Source of the DNA: Mobula hypostoma | Lineage: Eukaryota | Direction: 5' to 3' | Length of the DNA: 64,000 nucleotides | Assembly: GCF_963921235.1 (NCBI RefSeq) | Contig: NC_086097.1 | Location: forward strand, 227,914,001 to 227,978,000 | Shown: positions 14,204 through 27,400 of the stretch, in pieces | Position numbering within the stretch: the stretch's first letter is position 1 | How the letters are laid out: each line of letters begins with the position of its first letter | Position numbers and translations under genes: made by a program | The notes under the pieces: model-generated | The model's database searches: none | Seen by the model: the letters and a program-made list of their open reading frames with translations, nothing else | Told to the model about the DNA's origin: nothing

Positions 14204-14372
14204 CTCAAATATAAGATGCAAATAAGAAATAAGACTAATCCGACAATGCATTGGATATCCCATTTTAATCCTCTGTCTAAGGCATTAGTTGTGATTGCAG
14301 TGTTGTTATTTAAGTCAGAGCTGGGAATTGTCTGTTCAAAGAAGCTCATTATGATGGGATTGCATTTATCAT
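14204..14372 (-). CDS. SERINC3: SERINC3-like internal exon, 169 bp
   Basis: tttgttttcag|AT GAT AAA TGC AAT CCC...TAT TTG AG|gtaatc. Translates DDKCNPIIMSFFEQTIPSSDLNNNTAITTNALDRGLKWDIQCIVGLVLFLICILYLS, with the CNP motif, an N-glycosylation sequon (NNT) and a TM helix. Confidence 0.92.
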
Positions 14373-15209
14373 CTGAAAACAAAGCACAACCAAAGGTTAC
14401 ACTTATTCTGAAGGAAAGTTCATTTTTTAATCAACAAAAATATCTTATGTCCGTTAATAATTCCTTGATTAATGTTTTTTATCCATAAGTACCTTTTGGT
14501 AAAGTATTCATTATCATGCAAAAGTTAGTTTCAAGCCCAAGGCCAAAGAAGCCAGAGAGTATTTACAATGTATTTCATTACAAATAATAGCTAACAGATT
14601 TTTTCTGCAGTAATTAAAATGATGATGGCTATTCATTTGGACTTTAATTCTGACAAATCAAGAGTCTCTATTGAGAGAAAGCAATTTCCTTTTGATAAGC
14701 AAACAGAAATTCAAGTGCTTTCCTTAACTTACTGTGAGAAAGATCAGAATTTTGAGATAATTCTGTAAAAATAAAATAGATTTATTTTTCCAGTCTGCCA
14801 GATAATCTTTCACTTTCAGTTACAATACATAAAGTTCAAAAGGTATCCAATTGCCACTTGCCAAGCCAATACACATTTGCAGTAAGCAGAGAATCCAACC
14901 CTGACACACTTAGTAAGTACCTACACACTGTATATGTGTTGCAATTAGGTTATTTTTAGTTATTAAAATCTAGCAAAATTTGGCAACAGTTCGACAGCTT
15001 ATGTACAGAAGCTACTGCAAATTAGCAGAGAAGGTCTACAATGGTCATATTTATCTCAGCCAACTGAAATCTTAATCAAAAGATACAGTTGAGATTAATT
15101 AGCTCTCATTATTAGATATTTTTACTAGAAAAAGAAACTGGTCATTTGAAAGAATACTTCAGAATATTGTTTCTTACCTTTTTAAAAAATATATTATAAA
15201 TATGGATTA

Positions 15210-15698
15210 TATGGTACTGTGCAAAAATCTTAGTTACATATATAGTACTGTAGCAATTTAATGTATTGCACTGTACTGCTGCTGCAAAAAAAAACAAATT
15301 TCATGACATGTGAGCGATGATAGACCTGGTCCTGATATGGGTCTCTATTGTGGACTGAGAGTGGGAAGGGGGCAGGGAGAGGGGCATCATGGTTGGAAAA
15401 AGGGGACGGAGTGGGGAGCACCAGAGAGACATCAATAAACCAATTGTTTGGAATCAAGTGACCGTGCCTGGTGTCTCAGGGCTAGGTGTGTCTGCACCCG
15501 TGCCACCCCCCACCCCAGCACTCCTTCCCTGCCATCTTGCTGCACTCTACCCTCACCATTCCTGACATTCCTTGCTCCTGCCAGATTTACAAACTCCGCT
15601 CCACTTTGACAAATACAGTGGTATGCAAAAGTCTTAGGCACCCTAGTTTTTTATATATATAGTGCCTAAAATGTTTAAGATGTTTGTACAGTACTGTA
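15210..15698. mobile_element. Tc1/mariner-like non-autonomous element remnants
   Basis: TIR-like words tactgtgcaaaaatcttag, tacagtggtatgcaaaagtcttaggcac, and inverted gtgcctaa...tgtacagtactgta with TA ends. Confidence 0.45.
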
Positions 15699-15752
15699 TT
15701 ATTAATCATTTGTTTGTAATTTGTTTAAGTCAGGCTCACGTTTCTGAGATCG

Positions 15753-17177
15753 TCAACTACTTTCTAAGCTGATGTAAACCACATAAAGACAAGAACACTT
15801 GCTGTGTTGACTGAATCAACTATCAGCAGAAAGGCCAATTTTGAAAAACAAAGAATTGTAGATTAAGCTTCTTCAAACTGAAGCACAACTTTGACCCTTT
15901 GGAAGAAAGTGAAGAGGGAGGAGCACCAGATAGAGGTGATGGGGAGGCAAAGTGGTAAGATGGAGGGAAATTTTTATAATTTTTACGCTTTTGATAATGC
16001 TGTTTACAACACCTTTTATAATACTTGCTGGTATTCATGTATTTGTGCATATTTTATTCTATCTCTGTCCTTTAACCTGTAACATTATTTATGTGGGGTG
16101 TATGGGGTGTCAGGGAGGGGTAGCACCTCTGGTGGGTAACATGTCGCGTCCTTTTCAAGGCGGTTAGTCCACCTTTTGTCCCCACCTGGCACTCAGCTCT
16201 CCCCTGTGGCTCCCCGTAGCTGTTCGCATGCGACAGCGGCCACACCCCGGGCAACAGCTTCGACAAGCCAGCTAAACCAGGTGAGGGTAGCCGACGGGTC
16301 TCAAACCCTCGGTGAGATAGGGAGTTGTCTATCCCAGCATGTGAAGACAGACTCCAGCGGATTGAGCGGACGAGACCAATGGAAGGTCCAACGGTCAAGA
16401 AGGTGGTCTCTGCAAGCGTCGTGGAACGTAGTAGAGCAGGACAAGACACAGAAGACGTCCTGGTCATCCACTGCGCCTAGTCACATCTCCACCCGTCTCG
16501 ACTCTGTCTTGCCACTGGACCCAGATGGGAATTGGGAAGAGAGAGTGAGACTGACGCTGTGCAACTCTCCCTCACTTAAATCCAAGTCACGCGCTAGTCT
16601 CGACACCATCAATAATGGTGTCGAGGTCCTCATCGACGTCAACGATGGACGAACAACATTTTAATGTAATTCTTAGCACTGTTAAATGTTGCTGCTTTTT
16701 CAGTTGCATGATGTGCCCAGATCAACATGCCACAGCAAATTCCTAATTTAAACAATGTAAATGTATATGGTGAATAAAGTCGATCCATAATACATATTTG
16801 AATGAAAGTTTGCAAAGAATGCTGCAGTTCTTTTCTATTACAAATTTTTCAACTTCTGTACCTCCAGCACAAGCAGATCCCAAGTTCACATGCCTTCCAG
16901 AACCTTAAGTCCAGCTTTAATACCTCGGTGAACCTTTGCTCGAGCACATTGGATATGGAACAAAACAGTCCTCTACTTTCTGTTTTTTTGTCATGTATAC
17001 ATTCAACTTGCCAGACAGTGAGTGCAGAAATAGGGACAAAGTTGTGCTTCAGCTTGAAGAAGCTTAACCTACAATTCTTTATTGCTAGAAAATGGCCATT
17101 CTGCTGATAGTTGATTCAATCAACACAACAAATGTTCTTGGCTTTATGTGGTTTACGTCAACTTAGAAAGTAGTTGA
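15753..17177. repeat. Pair of ~146 bp inverted repeats (15753-15898 and 17032-17177)
   Basis: The two segments are reverse complements with scattered mismatches. The ORF track shows KLCFSLKKLNLQFF...WPFC on opposite strands. Confidence 0.85.
16095..16655 (+). mobile_element. Young GC/CpG-rich short retroelement (probably RTE-related non-autonomous)
   Basis: Sharp GC/CpG increase, many internal hairpins, (aac) tail, and imperfect flanking duplication aacattatttatgt / aacattttaatgt. Confidence 0.55.
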
Positions 17178-17194
17178 GGAACCTTCTGTCTTCT

Positions 17195-17428
17195 CCCTAT
17201 CAGATTCCCTCTTCTCCAGACCTTTACTTCACCAACTCCCCTCTCCCAGTTTCACCCATCACCTACTACCTTGTACTTCTTCCTCCCCTCCTCTCACCTT
17301 CTTACTCTGACTTCTCACCTCTTTTTTCCAGACCTGATGAAGGGTCTCGGCCCGAAATGTCGACTATTTACTCTTTTCCATAGATGGTGCCTGGCTTGCT
17401 GGGCTCTTCCAGCATTTTGTGTGTGGTA
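17195..17428 (+). mobile_element. Penelope-like terminal repeat (older subfamily) with decayed hammerhead
   Basis: Pyrimidine-rich body, then CTGATGA-AGGGTCTCGGCCC-GAAATGTC-GACT at 17334-17365 and the tail ccagcattttgtgtgtg. Confidence 0.75.
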
Positions 17429-18917
17429 CTATTGTAAAAAGTGGTTTATAGTGTTGCCAGTGCAATGAAGTGACGGAGGTAATAGATGGAAGTGTGGAGG
17501 AGCTAACTAGAATGGTTGATCAGATTAACTGCTTGGGAACCTATCTTCTAAGCAGTTACTTTATATGGGATTCCATCCCAGATTTAATTTATTTCATTCT
17601 CTCCCTTTAAACTTACTAGGTTTTGTTTCCCATCATTTATTTAAGTTCCCCAGGTTCAGTTAAACATTTCTTATACCACAGTGTAATATCTAAAAAAAAG
17701 TGAATTAGAAGTAGATCGGGATATTAATAACATTGCTGAAGCATAAGCATCCACCATTTAAATTGAATAATAAAATAACTTGCCAAATTACTTGCTGTGA
17801 CTGCATCCTAGCTCTTTGTGAGGCAGACACTGGAACACTCAGATCCCTCTGCAAATCCAGCTTCTGCAACCACTTACCATTGCACTTCTCTCTCTTTACT
17901 TTTCCTGCCAACGTGAATAATTCCACATTGTGTTGTTCTCCATTTCCTAGATCTCTGTCCATTCACTGGACCTATCTATATGCCTTTTGCATTCTCAAGT
18001 CCCCTTTCCAAATTATTTTCCGACCATATTTTCATCAATAAATTTAGCATGCATCCCTTCAGTACTTTTATCCACAATATTTTGCACTTTCATCCAAAGT
18101 ACATCTCGGAGTTTTGATATTTTTTCTAAGTTCACGAGCATACCTTTTCCCTCACTTTTTTTGAGAAGTACAAAAAAATACTTATTTTGAAAAGAAGCTA
18201 ATAAAATAGTTACTTATAATTAAATGCTATATTGATCAATACATTTTTGACTGATGATGGCTTGGTCATTGATGACTAACTGGGTGTATTCAAAAAAGAT
18301 GATATTGAACAATTAAAACTATTTCATCACGTTGGAATGTGTTTCAGAAAAGCACCTTCTCTGAATGTCTACAGTGCTGGCAGCAGGATCTAATTTAACT
18401 GTCATGGTTGTTAACTTATGCAATATTCTTTGGCTTAATTTACTGAATAGATGCAAATAATGATGTGATTATTTTACCCAGTCAGTGCAATTTTGGATAA
18501 GCTGGTTAAGAATTTTGCAACACAATCTAAAAACTATAATTTCCTTTCAACCAGGTAATTGTTCCCGGCAGGCACAACTGCAACATAATTGCTGGATTTG
18601 CCGACCCACATTTTTTCCAGTGACTATGACTATAAAATGTGATTGGTTTCCCAGAAATCAATTTGCTATTCTACATTGCACACTATCCAATGTGCATCAA
18701 AGTTTTTTTTTAATTTTAAATTATATTAACAATGCTTTATTCTTTTTTTTCGTGAAGAAAGAGAAGTAAATATTACAAAGCAAAGAAGATCAGGAGGAGG
18801 ATTCATACAGAAGACATTATTTTCTTGGCATGAGTAACTAAATTAAGCTATCAAAATGAGCCTTGCAGCAAAAAATCAGGAGGATATGATCACCTTTAGA
18901 GAAAATAAGCTACTTAC

Positions 18918-19005
18918 CTGGTTCATTTGTCATTGCTGACCAGGTAAGGTACATAATATACAGAGAGATGATGGAGGGCTGAAGGCCAGTACACACCTGG
19001 AATTC
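18918..19005 (-). CDS. SERINC3: SERINC3-like internal exon, 88 bp
   Basis: ttcaattgtag|GAA TTC CAG...GAA CCA G|gtaagt. Translates EFQVCTGLQPSIISLYIMYLTWSAMTNEP, containing the conserved MYLTWSAMTNEP motif. Phase 0/1 fits neighbouring exons. Confidence 0.92.
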
Positions 19006-19344
19006 CTACAATTGAATAAAATTCAGTGAAGACCATTATTATTTTAACTTTCAGGATATGGCAATAAGTCAAATGACATTCTTTCAAATGGTATTGATCA
19101 CAATCTTTGCTACTCAATGCAGTCTTGTGCAATCTCTGAGTAAAAGTTACCAAGCAAATTAACATGTAACTGTTCTCATATTAACACCAAAGCATTTTAA
19201 GATATTGTTTTAAACTGACTCTTGAAATTCCCCATGTAATTTAAAAGCTCTGAAAATCACTTGGCATTACGAACAAATCTAAAATATAGAAGTTGAACTA
19301 AAGGAGATCTGTGACTGCAGCTCAATGCAACAGAAAATCTACTT

Positions 19345-19784
19345 CTCTAACTTCCGCTAATGCCCCACCTCCCCCTCGTACCCCATCCATTATTTATTTT
19401 TATACACACATTCCTTCTCTCTCTCTCCTTTTACTCCCTCTGTCCCTCTGACTATACCCCTTGCCCATCCTCTGGGTTCCCCCCCCCCACCTGTCTTTCT
19501 CCCTGGGCCTCCTGTCCCATGATCCTCTCATATCCCCTTTGCCAATCACCTGTCCAGCTCTTGGCTCCATTCCTCCCCCTCCTGTCTTCTCCTATCATTT
19601 TGGATCTCCCCCTCCCCCTCTCAAATCTCTTACTAACTCTTCCTTCAGTTAGTCCTGACGAAGGGTCTCGGCCTGAAACGTCGACTGTACCTCTTCCGAG
19701 AGATGCTGCCTGGCCTGCTGCGTTCACCAGCAACTTTGATGTGTGTTGCCTGAATTTCCAGCATCTGCAGAATTCCTGTTGTTT
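19345..19784 (+). mobile_element. Young 5'-truncated Penelope-like element (ORF end plus terminal repeat)
   Basis: Begins with the ORF end ttc tct aac ttc cgc taa (FSNFR*, as in FSNFQ* at 59888-59905). Flanked by a 12-bp TSD gaaaatctactt (19333-19344) / gagaatctactt (19785-19796). Confidence 0.85.
19650..19687 (+). ncRNA. Minimal type-I hammerhead ribozyme motif (intact core)
   Basis: UAGUC-CUGACGA-AGG gucucgg CCU-GAAACGUC-GACUG. Stem I UAGUC/GACUG, stem II AGG/CCU, palindromic ACGU in place of stem III. Predicted cleavage after C19682. Confidence 0.8.
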
Positions 19785-22679
19785 GAGAATCTACTTAGCT
19801 ACAATTGATATGAATGACATTCCTGAGAAGTCAATAAATAAACACCTCTTTTCACCACTTCCCTGCCCATTTTCCATTTAAGTTGCTGTGAATATCTTTG
19901 TCTTCCACCCTTTTCGTCAATGTACTGATATGCAAGAGGATTCCAGGTCTTTCACATCATACTGTCTTCATTGTAGTCCCTGACTCTTTCTCTCACTCAT
20001 CTTGTTATCTGTAGCTGTGCAACTGGTTGGGTACAATTATTCTACCAATCCCATAAGTGTGAGACAACTGTGTAGAAGTATACAAAATTACAAGAGGCAC
20101 ATATATGGTAGAAAGTCATAGAACACCACCGCACAGAACCAGGCCCTTTGGTCCATCTATTCTGTGCTAAACCATTTAAACTCCCTAATCTCATCCACCT
20201 GCTCCCAGACCATAGCTCTCCATACCCCTCCTTTCCATATAGCTATCCAAACTTCTCTTCAATTTTGAAATCAAAGTCGTATCCACCACTTCCGCTAACA
20301 GGTCATTCCACACTCTCACCACCATCTGAATGAATATGTTCCCAACATGTTCCCCTCAAACATTTCAACTTTCACCCTTAACCCATGACTTCTAGTTGTA
20401 GTTACACCCAACCTCAGTGGGAAAATCCTGTTTGCATTTACCCTAATTATACCCCCTCATAAATTCATCAAATTTCCCCTCAGTCTTCTGCACTCCAGGG
20501 AATAAAGACCTAACCTAGTTAATCTTTCCTTATAACTCAGATCCTCCATTCAGGGTCTGTTTTCCAAAGGTGGAAATATCAAATCCTAGAGCCCATTGCC
20601 GGAATACAAGCAGAGCATTTCTAACCTTTTGTCACAGGATTTCATTTCAGGTACTAATCTTTCTCTAAACATCTTCTAACATATTTCTCCTGACAAAAAA
20701 AAGTACACCAATTGAAGTTTAATCAAAGGCCATTTACAATTGAAACATAACATCTTTGCTTTGGTGTTCAAACCCCTAGCAATAAATTCTGTGAGCCTTT
20801 CCTACTTGCAGTACCTGCATGCTAGATTTCTTTGAACTATGCACTAGATTTGTTTGTGAGAGAGGCAGATTTGGGAGTCAATGTTTTTGTTGCATTTTAT
20901 GTGTGGAGGGGGGGATTTGGTGGAGAGATTGATGGTTTTCTTGCCTTTTTTTTGCAGAGGGGGTGGTTTGATGTTCCTCTTTGAATGACTTCCACGTTTT
21001 TTTCTTTATTTCATGGCTCTCTGGAGAAGACGAATCTCAGAGTTGTATACTGCATACATTCTTTAATAATAAATGAACCTTTGAACCTCTTTAACACATC
21101 CAAACCATCTTAATATCCATTCTCTGTGATCCCTCACCATGTAGATAAAATGCTTCTGTTTCATTCTTTTTCTGAACAATTTCATGTTTTCCCAAATCAA
21201 ACTAAAGGAGAGAGGATGTGAACAGCTATAGTCAGCAAGAAGCAATGTTTTGAAAGTGGGAGAGAAAATACACAGAAGGGAATGTACACACCTGGACAGA
21301 GGGACTGGCGTATTGGATCAAGGCACAAAGAAAGATAGGGCTGGGTCTGAGAACATTTGGTAGGTTTCTGCTCTGGATCACTCTAACAGAATGAGGGAGG
21401 ACGTGGGCTGAAAGTGCTCCTATCTAGCAGGCAAATAAGCCTGAAGGTAAAAGAATGAGTTAGGAAGGTCATGAATTAGGCAAGTGGTCTTCGAGGTAAA
21501 TGGATCAGACATGCCAGGCTGGGCTGACAACAAGATTGGAAGAGGTTATAGGAAGCTGAAAATTTATGGGATGCTACAAACCATCACCAGATTGGTTTCA
21601 GTCCCAACCGCTCACCCGAACGGTCTATCACTGCCAGTTATTTGTTTCATTGGTGTCAGGATATCCAATTCTTTCAGGCTGTCCTGAAAAATGAACTAAG
21701 GTGTGTGGGGTGGAAGTGAAGGTGGAGCTGTGGGCAGAGTCTGGTAAAATGGTCAATCTCTATTTACATTTAGTAAGAAGTAAGCCTTTTTACGTTTTTG
21801 GATTGTGGTATTTTCATCCTGAAAACCCTGAAAGGCTCTGAGGGTAGACTTGACCAATAACAGCATTACCCAAACCTATTCCAACTTTAAGATTTAATGA
21901 TCAGGTCTGCCACTTTAGACCAGGGCAGATAAAAGTGCGCTAAGTGAAGGCAAATGAGCAGCCATGATGATGAATACTGCATTCATTTTAGTCCATATAG
22001 AAGGAATTATCAGAGAAAAAAAAATCACACACACAGGATACGATTTTAATAGTTTCCATTAAAAGTTTTGTAATATTTAATATTAGATTGCAAACTTACT
22101 TCAATGAGTGTATCTGTAAAATGCTGTCCGAGGAAGTGGTGGCGACTGATGTAATAACAGCATTTAGGAGACAGCTAGGCAGGCACATGAATAGTTAAGA
22201 TAGAGAAGCTCATGTCCCTAATACGGGCAAGGGGATAGTTACGATGCTCAGGGTGAAGATAATGGGCCAAAGAGCCAAAAGTTGTAGAGCTCTAGAACTC
22301 TGAGTTAATTTTTTCACCTTATTGGATCTTATATGATTCTAACATGCCTGCATATCAGAATTTGCATGGACCAGAGGAGTGGGGCAAGATGAGCGATGAT
22401 GCTTCTAGGATAAAGAGCATAGACCTATGTACCCTACTTTTGGTTGCTCAGTGGCTGCGTCCCTGCCAAAGAATTCCATCAGTTGATAAAGCTGCCAGGC
22501 TAACTATAGAAAGCAGAGAATGAAATACACATGCAATCCATAGTGCATTGCACCACAGTGGCTTTATCAAGCCTTTTCACTTTGTGACTGGGCAAGGTGA
22601 TGCAAGTGCAGGCAGCCTCAGTAACCTCCCTGATGCACCAGCATCAAAAAAGTGTCTGCAGCATAATTGAAAGTTCAAA

Positions 22680-23120
22680 GTTTGTAAGAAAGTTATGATC
22701 AAATTATGTATATTTCACCAGATATTAACTTGAGATTTTTTTTGCAGATAAATAAAGAAATAGAACTTAAGAAAAAGCTAGACATAAACAAAGGCTGACA
22801 AACAACCAATGTGCAAAAGAAAACAACATGTGCAAATAATTTTTTTAAAATTTGGAGAACATAAATTGTACAGCCCTTGAATGTGAGTCTGTAAGTTGTG
22901 GAAGCAATTCAGAGTTGAAGCAAGTAAAGTTGTTCGCTTTGGTACAGGGTAATAACTGTTCCTGAACCTGGTGTGTGGGAACTAAGGCTCCTGCACCCCC
23001 TGCCTGATGGTAGAAATAAGAAGAAAGCATGGCCTGGATGGTGGGGGTCTTTGATGATGGATGCGGTTTTCATGTGGCAGCGCTTCGTATAAATGTGGTC
23101 AAAGCTGCGGAGGACTTCGC
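22680..23120 (-). mobile_element. Rex1/Babar-like LINE 3' fragment
   Basis: Minus frame TASIIKDPHHPGHAFFLFLPSGR is homologous to [19 protein letters not shown] of 56891-57796. Confidence 0.75.
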
Positions 23121-23308
23121 CTCCGGTGGACTGGGCTACACCCACCACTTTCGGTAGACCTCTGCAAATATTCCTGCTTTAAAACAGCAACGTTAAATTT
23201 CAAATCAATATCGTTTCACATGGAATCATTCAAGTGGTTTTATTATGTTATTCTCTGTTTATCATAAAACTGGATTTTCTCTGAAATAAAGACACCGTTT
23301 TGTGACTT

Positions 23309-23436
23309 CTGACGAAGGGTCTCGGCCTGAAACGTCGACTGTGCCTCTTCCTAGAGATGCTGCCTGGCCTGCTGCGTTCACCAGCAACTTTGAAGTGTGT
23401 TGCTTGAATTTCCAGCATCTGCAGAATTCCTGTTGT
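23309..23436 (+). mobile_element. Very short Penelope terminal-repeat insertion starting at the hammerhead core
   Basis: CTGACGAAGGGTCTCGGCCTGAAACGTCGACTG...aattcctgttgt, flanked by a 13-bp TSD ttttgtgacttct (23298-23310) / ttttgtgatttct (23437-23449). Confidence 0.85.
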
Positions 23437-23574
23437 TTTTGTGATTTCTACCTTGTGCACCATAAGGCCTTACAAACAGTTATTAAGTAAATCGGCAGTT
23501 ATCTATTTTTGTTGGCAACCTTCAAGAGAGAAAGTCACTCAGGAGACCTCATCTGAATTCCTTTGGTGTTATAG

Positions 23575-23880
23575 ATTACTTACTTATTGATTGATTGATT
23601 GAGATACAGTACAGAATAGGCCCTTCCAGCTCCTCGAGTTGCGCCACCCAGCAACTCCCCGAATTAACCCCAGCCTAATCACAAGACAACTTACAATGAC
23701 GAATTACGTCCAATATGTCTTTGGACTACAGGAGGAAACTGGAACAACAGAGAAAACCCATGTAATCCTCGGAGAGGATGTACAGACACCTAACTGACGA
23801 GGCTGGAATTGAACTCTGAACTTCGACGCACTGAGGTGCTATAATGCCATGCTAAGTGCTAAGCTATACCATGGCGCCCA
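23575..23880 (-). mobile_element. tRNA-derived SINE
   Basis: Minus-strand head gggcgccatggtatagc...gagttcaattccag, core shared with the 9175 copy, and (attg)n tail. Confidence 0.6.
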
Positions 23881-24479
23881 TCCTTTTTATCTACCCAAAC
23901 AGGGCAACGTTACTTTAAATTAACAGATAAAGAAAATGTCTCTCATAGTGCAACACTCCCATGCTGAAGTTTCATCCTTGACTTACACATGCATTCCTGG
24001 ATTAGGAAATGGATCAAAAACTATCGCACCAAGCAAAGTGTAACCTATTCATCCTTCGTTGCTCATGAGGAATGCAACTTAGCAGCGGGTGATGTTTCAA
24101 AATTTGGTTGCATTATGTAACATGAACAGTAGGCAACAACTTTGCACCCCAACAACAATTAAATACTAAATAAGAAGAGAAGATCTGTTTAAGCTGCATG
24201 ATGAGTGTCTCATTATTGTATTTGCCCATCTGTTGATGCAATTTGTCCTTTTTATTTCTTTCACTACTGGAAGCTAGCCACCCTTTCTGTTTTAGAAAAA
24301 AAATAACACTTAATGATGGAAATTAAAATCAGGGAACTGGAAGAAAGGCATTAAGTATAAAAAGAACACACACAAAATGTTGGAAGAATTCAGCAAGTCA
24401 AGCAGTGTCAATGGAGAATAATAAATAGTTGACTTCCTTCATCAGGATGAATAATTCCTGATCCTTAGCTTGAAATGTT

Positions 24480-27400
24480 GACTCTCAACCCTATTCTCTT
24501 GCCTTCTCCCCATAACCTTTGACACGCTGACAAACCAAGAACCTAGCAACCTCTGTTTTAAATATACTCAATGACTTGGCCTCCACAGCTGTCCATTGGA
24601 ATGAATTCCACAGATCACCACCCTCCAGCAAAATAATTTTTTTCCTCTTCTGTTCTAAAAAGATATCCTTCTGTTCTGAGGCTGTGCCCTCTGTTCTTCA
24701 ACTCCCCCTTTACAGGAAACATCTTCTCCACAACCACTCTATTTACACCTTTCAATATTGGATATATTCCAGTGAGATTCCCCCTCATTCTTCTAAACTC
24801 CAGCGAGTACAGTCCCAGTGCCATCAAACCTCATGTGAATGATTTCATTTCTGGAATCAATCTCGTGCACCTCTTCTGGACACTCTCCAATACCAGCAAA
24901 CCTTTTCTTAGATAAGGGGCCCAAAACTGCTCAAAATACTCCAAGTGCCATCTGACCAATGCTTTATAAAGCCCAGGCATTACATCCTAGCTTTTGTATT
25001 CTAGTCCACACAAACGAATTGCATTTGCCTTCCTTACCACCGACTTAACCTGCAAGTTAACCTTTTGGGAATCCTGCACACGGAGTCCCAAGTCCCTCTT
25101 CACCTGCTTGAGCATGGGGGGGTGGGGGAGCGGGGAGAGAGACAGCTTTGAGTTTCTAATGCTTTTCTGTTGTTCATTCTTTGGAGTTCTCTTCTCTTTT
25201 TTTGTGGATGTCTGTGAAGAGTAAGAATGTTAGGTTGTATACTCTATACATTCTCTGATATTAAAATTGGAATCTCTGAATTTTGAGTTTTCTCCTCATC
25301 TAGAAAATAGTCCATGGTTTATTCCTTCTACCAAACTGCTTCACCATGCATTTCCTTACATAGAAATATAGAAACATAGAAAACCTACAGCACAATACAG
25401 GCACTTCGGCCCACAAAGCTTTGCCGAAACTGTCCTTACCTTAGAAATTACCTAGGGTTACCCATAGCCCTCTATTTTTCTAAGCTCCATGTACCTGTCC
25501 AGGAGTCTCTTAAAAGACCCTATCATATCCACCTCCACCATTGTCACTGGCAGCCCATTCCACGCACTCACCACTCTCTGGGTAAAAAACTTACCTGTGA
25601 CATCTCCTCTGTACCTACTTCCAAGCACCTTAAAACTGTGCCCTCTCGTGCTAGCCATTTTAACCCTGGGAAAAAGCCTCTGACTATCCACAGGATCAAT
25701 GCCTCTCATCATCTTATACACCTCTATCAGGTCACCTCTCATCCTCTGTCGCTCCAAAGCAAAAAGGCCGAGTTCACTCAACCTGTTCTCATAAGGCATG
25801 CTCCTCAATCCAGGCAACATCCTTGTAAATTTCCTCTGCACTCCTTTCTAAGGCTTCCACATCCTACACTATACTCCATCTGCTACTTCTTTGTCCATTC
25901 TCCCAATCTGACTAAGTCCTTCTGCAGACACTCTGCTTCCTCAACACCACCTGCCCCTCCATCTATCATCGTATCGCCCACAAACTTGGCCAGAAAGCCA
26001 TCAATTCCTCCATATAGCATAAAAAGCAGTCCCAACATTGACCCCTGTGGCACACCACTAGACACTGGCAGCCAACCATAAAAGACTCCCTTTATTACCA
26101 CTCTGCGTCTTGACAGTCAGCCAATCTTCTATCCATTCTAGCAACTTTCCTGTAAAACCATCGGGTCTCATTGTGTTAAACAGCCTCATTTGTAACACCT
26201 TGTCAAACACTTTCTGAAAATCCAAATAAGCAACACACACTGAATCCCCTTTGTCTATCCTGCCTGTTATTTCCTCAAAGAGTTCCAACAGATTTGTCAG
26301 GCAAGATTTTCCTTCGAGGGGATGGCTTTGACACATTTAATGACTCCAACATCTTTTCAACCACTGAAGTCAGATTAGCTGTCCTATAATTTCCTTTCTT
26401 CTATCTCCTTTCCTTCTTAGAGAGTGGAGTGCCATTTGCAATTTCCAGTCCTCCAGAACCATTCCAGAATATATTGATTCTTGAAAGATCTTTACAAATG
26501 CCTCCACAACCTCTTCAGTTACCTTCTTCAGAACCCTGGGATGTTAAATCCGGTCCCTCTGGTCCAGGTGACCTATCACCTTGGCAACTTCTAGAAACAC
26601 CTTTTCCTTAGTAATAGCAATGACACTCACTGCCGCTCTGACACTCACATTTTTTTTAGCATTCTGCTTATGTCTTCCACAGTGAAGACAGATGCAAAAT
26701 ACTTATTAAGTTTGCCTGCTATTTATTTGTCCTCCATTATTACCTCTCTAGCCTCGTTTTCCAGTACTCCAATATCCACTCTTGTCTCTCTTTTACTCTT
26801 TAAAATATCTGAAAAAGAAACATTTTGTACCCTCTTTTATATTATTGGCTAGCTTGCCTTCATTTTTTTTTCTCTTTTTATGGCTTTATTTGCCTTCAGT
26901 TGGCTTCTAAAAGCTTTCCAATCCTCCATTTCTGCACTAATTTTTGCTATATCATATGCCCTCTCTTTTGCCTCTCTTTGACATCTTTTGTCAACCACAG
27001 TTGCCTCATCCACCTTTTAGAATAATTCTACATCTTTGGGATGCATCTATCCTACTCCTTCGAGTTGTTCCAGAAACTGCAGTCATTGCTATTCTGCCGT
27101 CATCCCTGCCAGTATCACCTTCCAATCAACTTTGGCCAGCTTCTCTTCATGTTTCTGTAATTTCCTTTACTGCTCTATAATACAGATATGTTCAATTTTA
27201 GCTTCCCCTTCTCAAACTTCAGGGTGAATTCTATATATTGTGATTACTGTCTCCGAAGGGCTCATTTACCTTGAGCTCCCTAATCAAATCTGCGTCATTA
27301 CCTAACACTCAATCCAGAAACGCCACTCCCTTGGTGGGCTCAACCACCAACTGTTCTAAAAAGCCATCTCGTAGGCATTCTATAAATTTCCTTCCTTGGG

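Noticed and set aside
19360..19881. 173-aa ORF and recurring peptides PDEGSRPETST / VDVSGRDPSSGL
   Set aside because: Chance translations of the non-coding PLE terminal repeat. The recurrence reflects the hammerhead-containing repeat, not a protein family.
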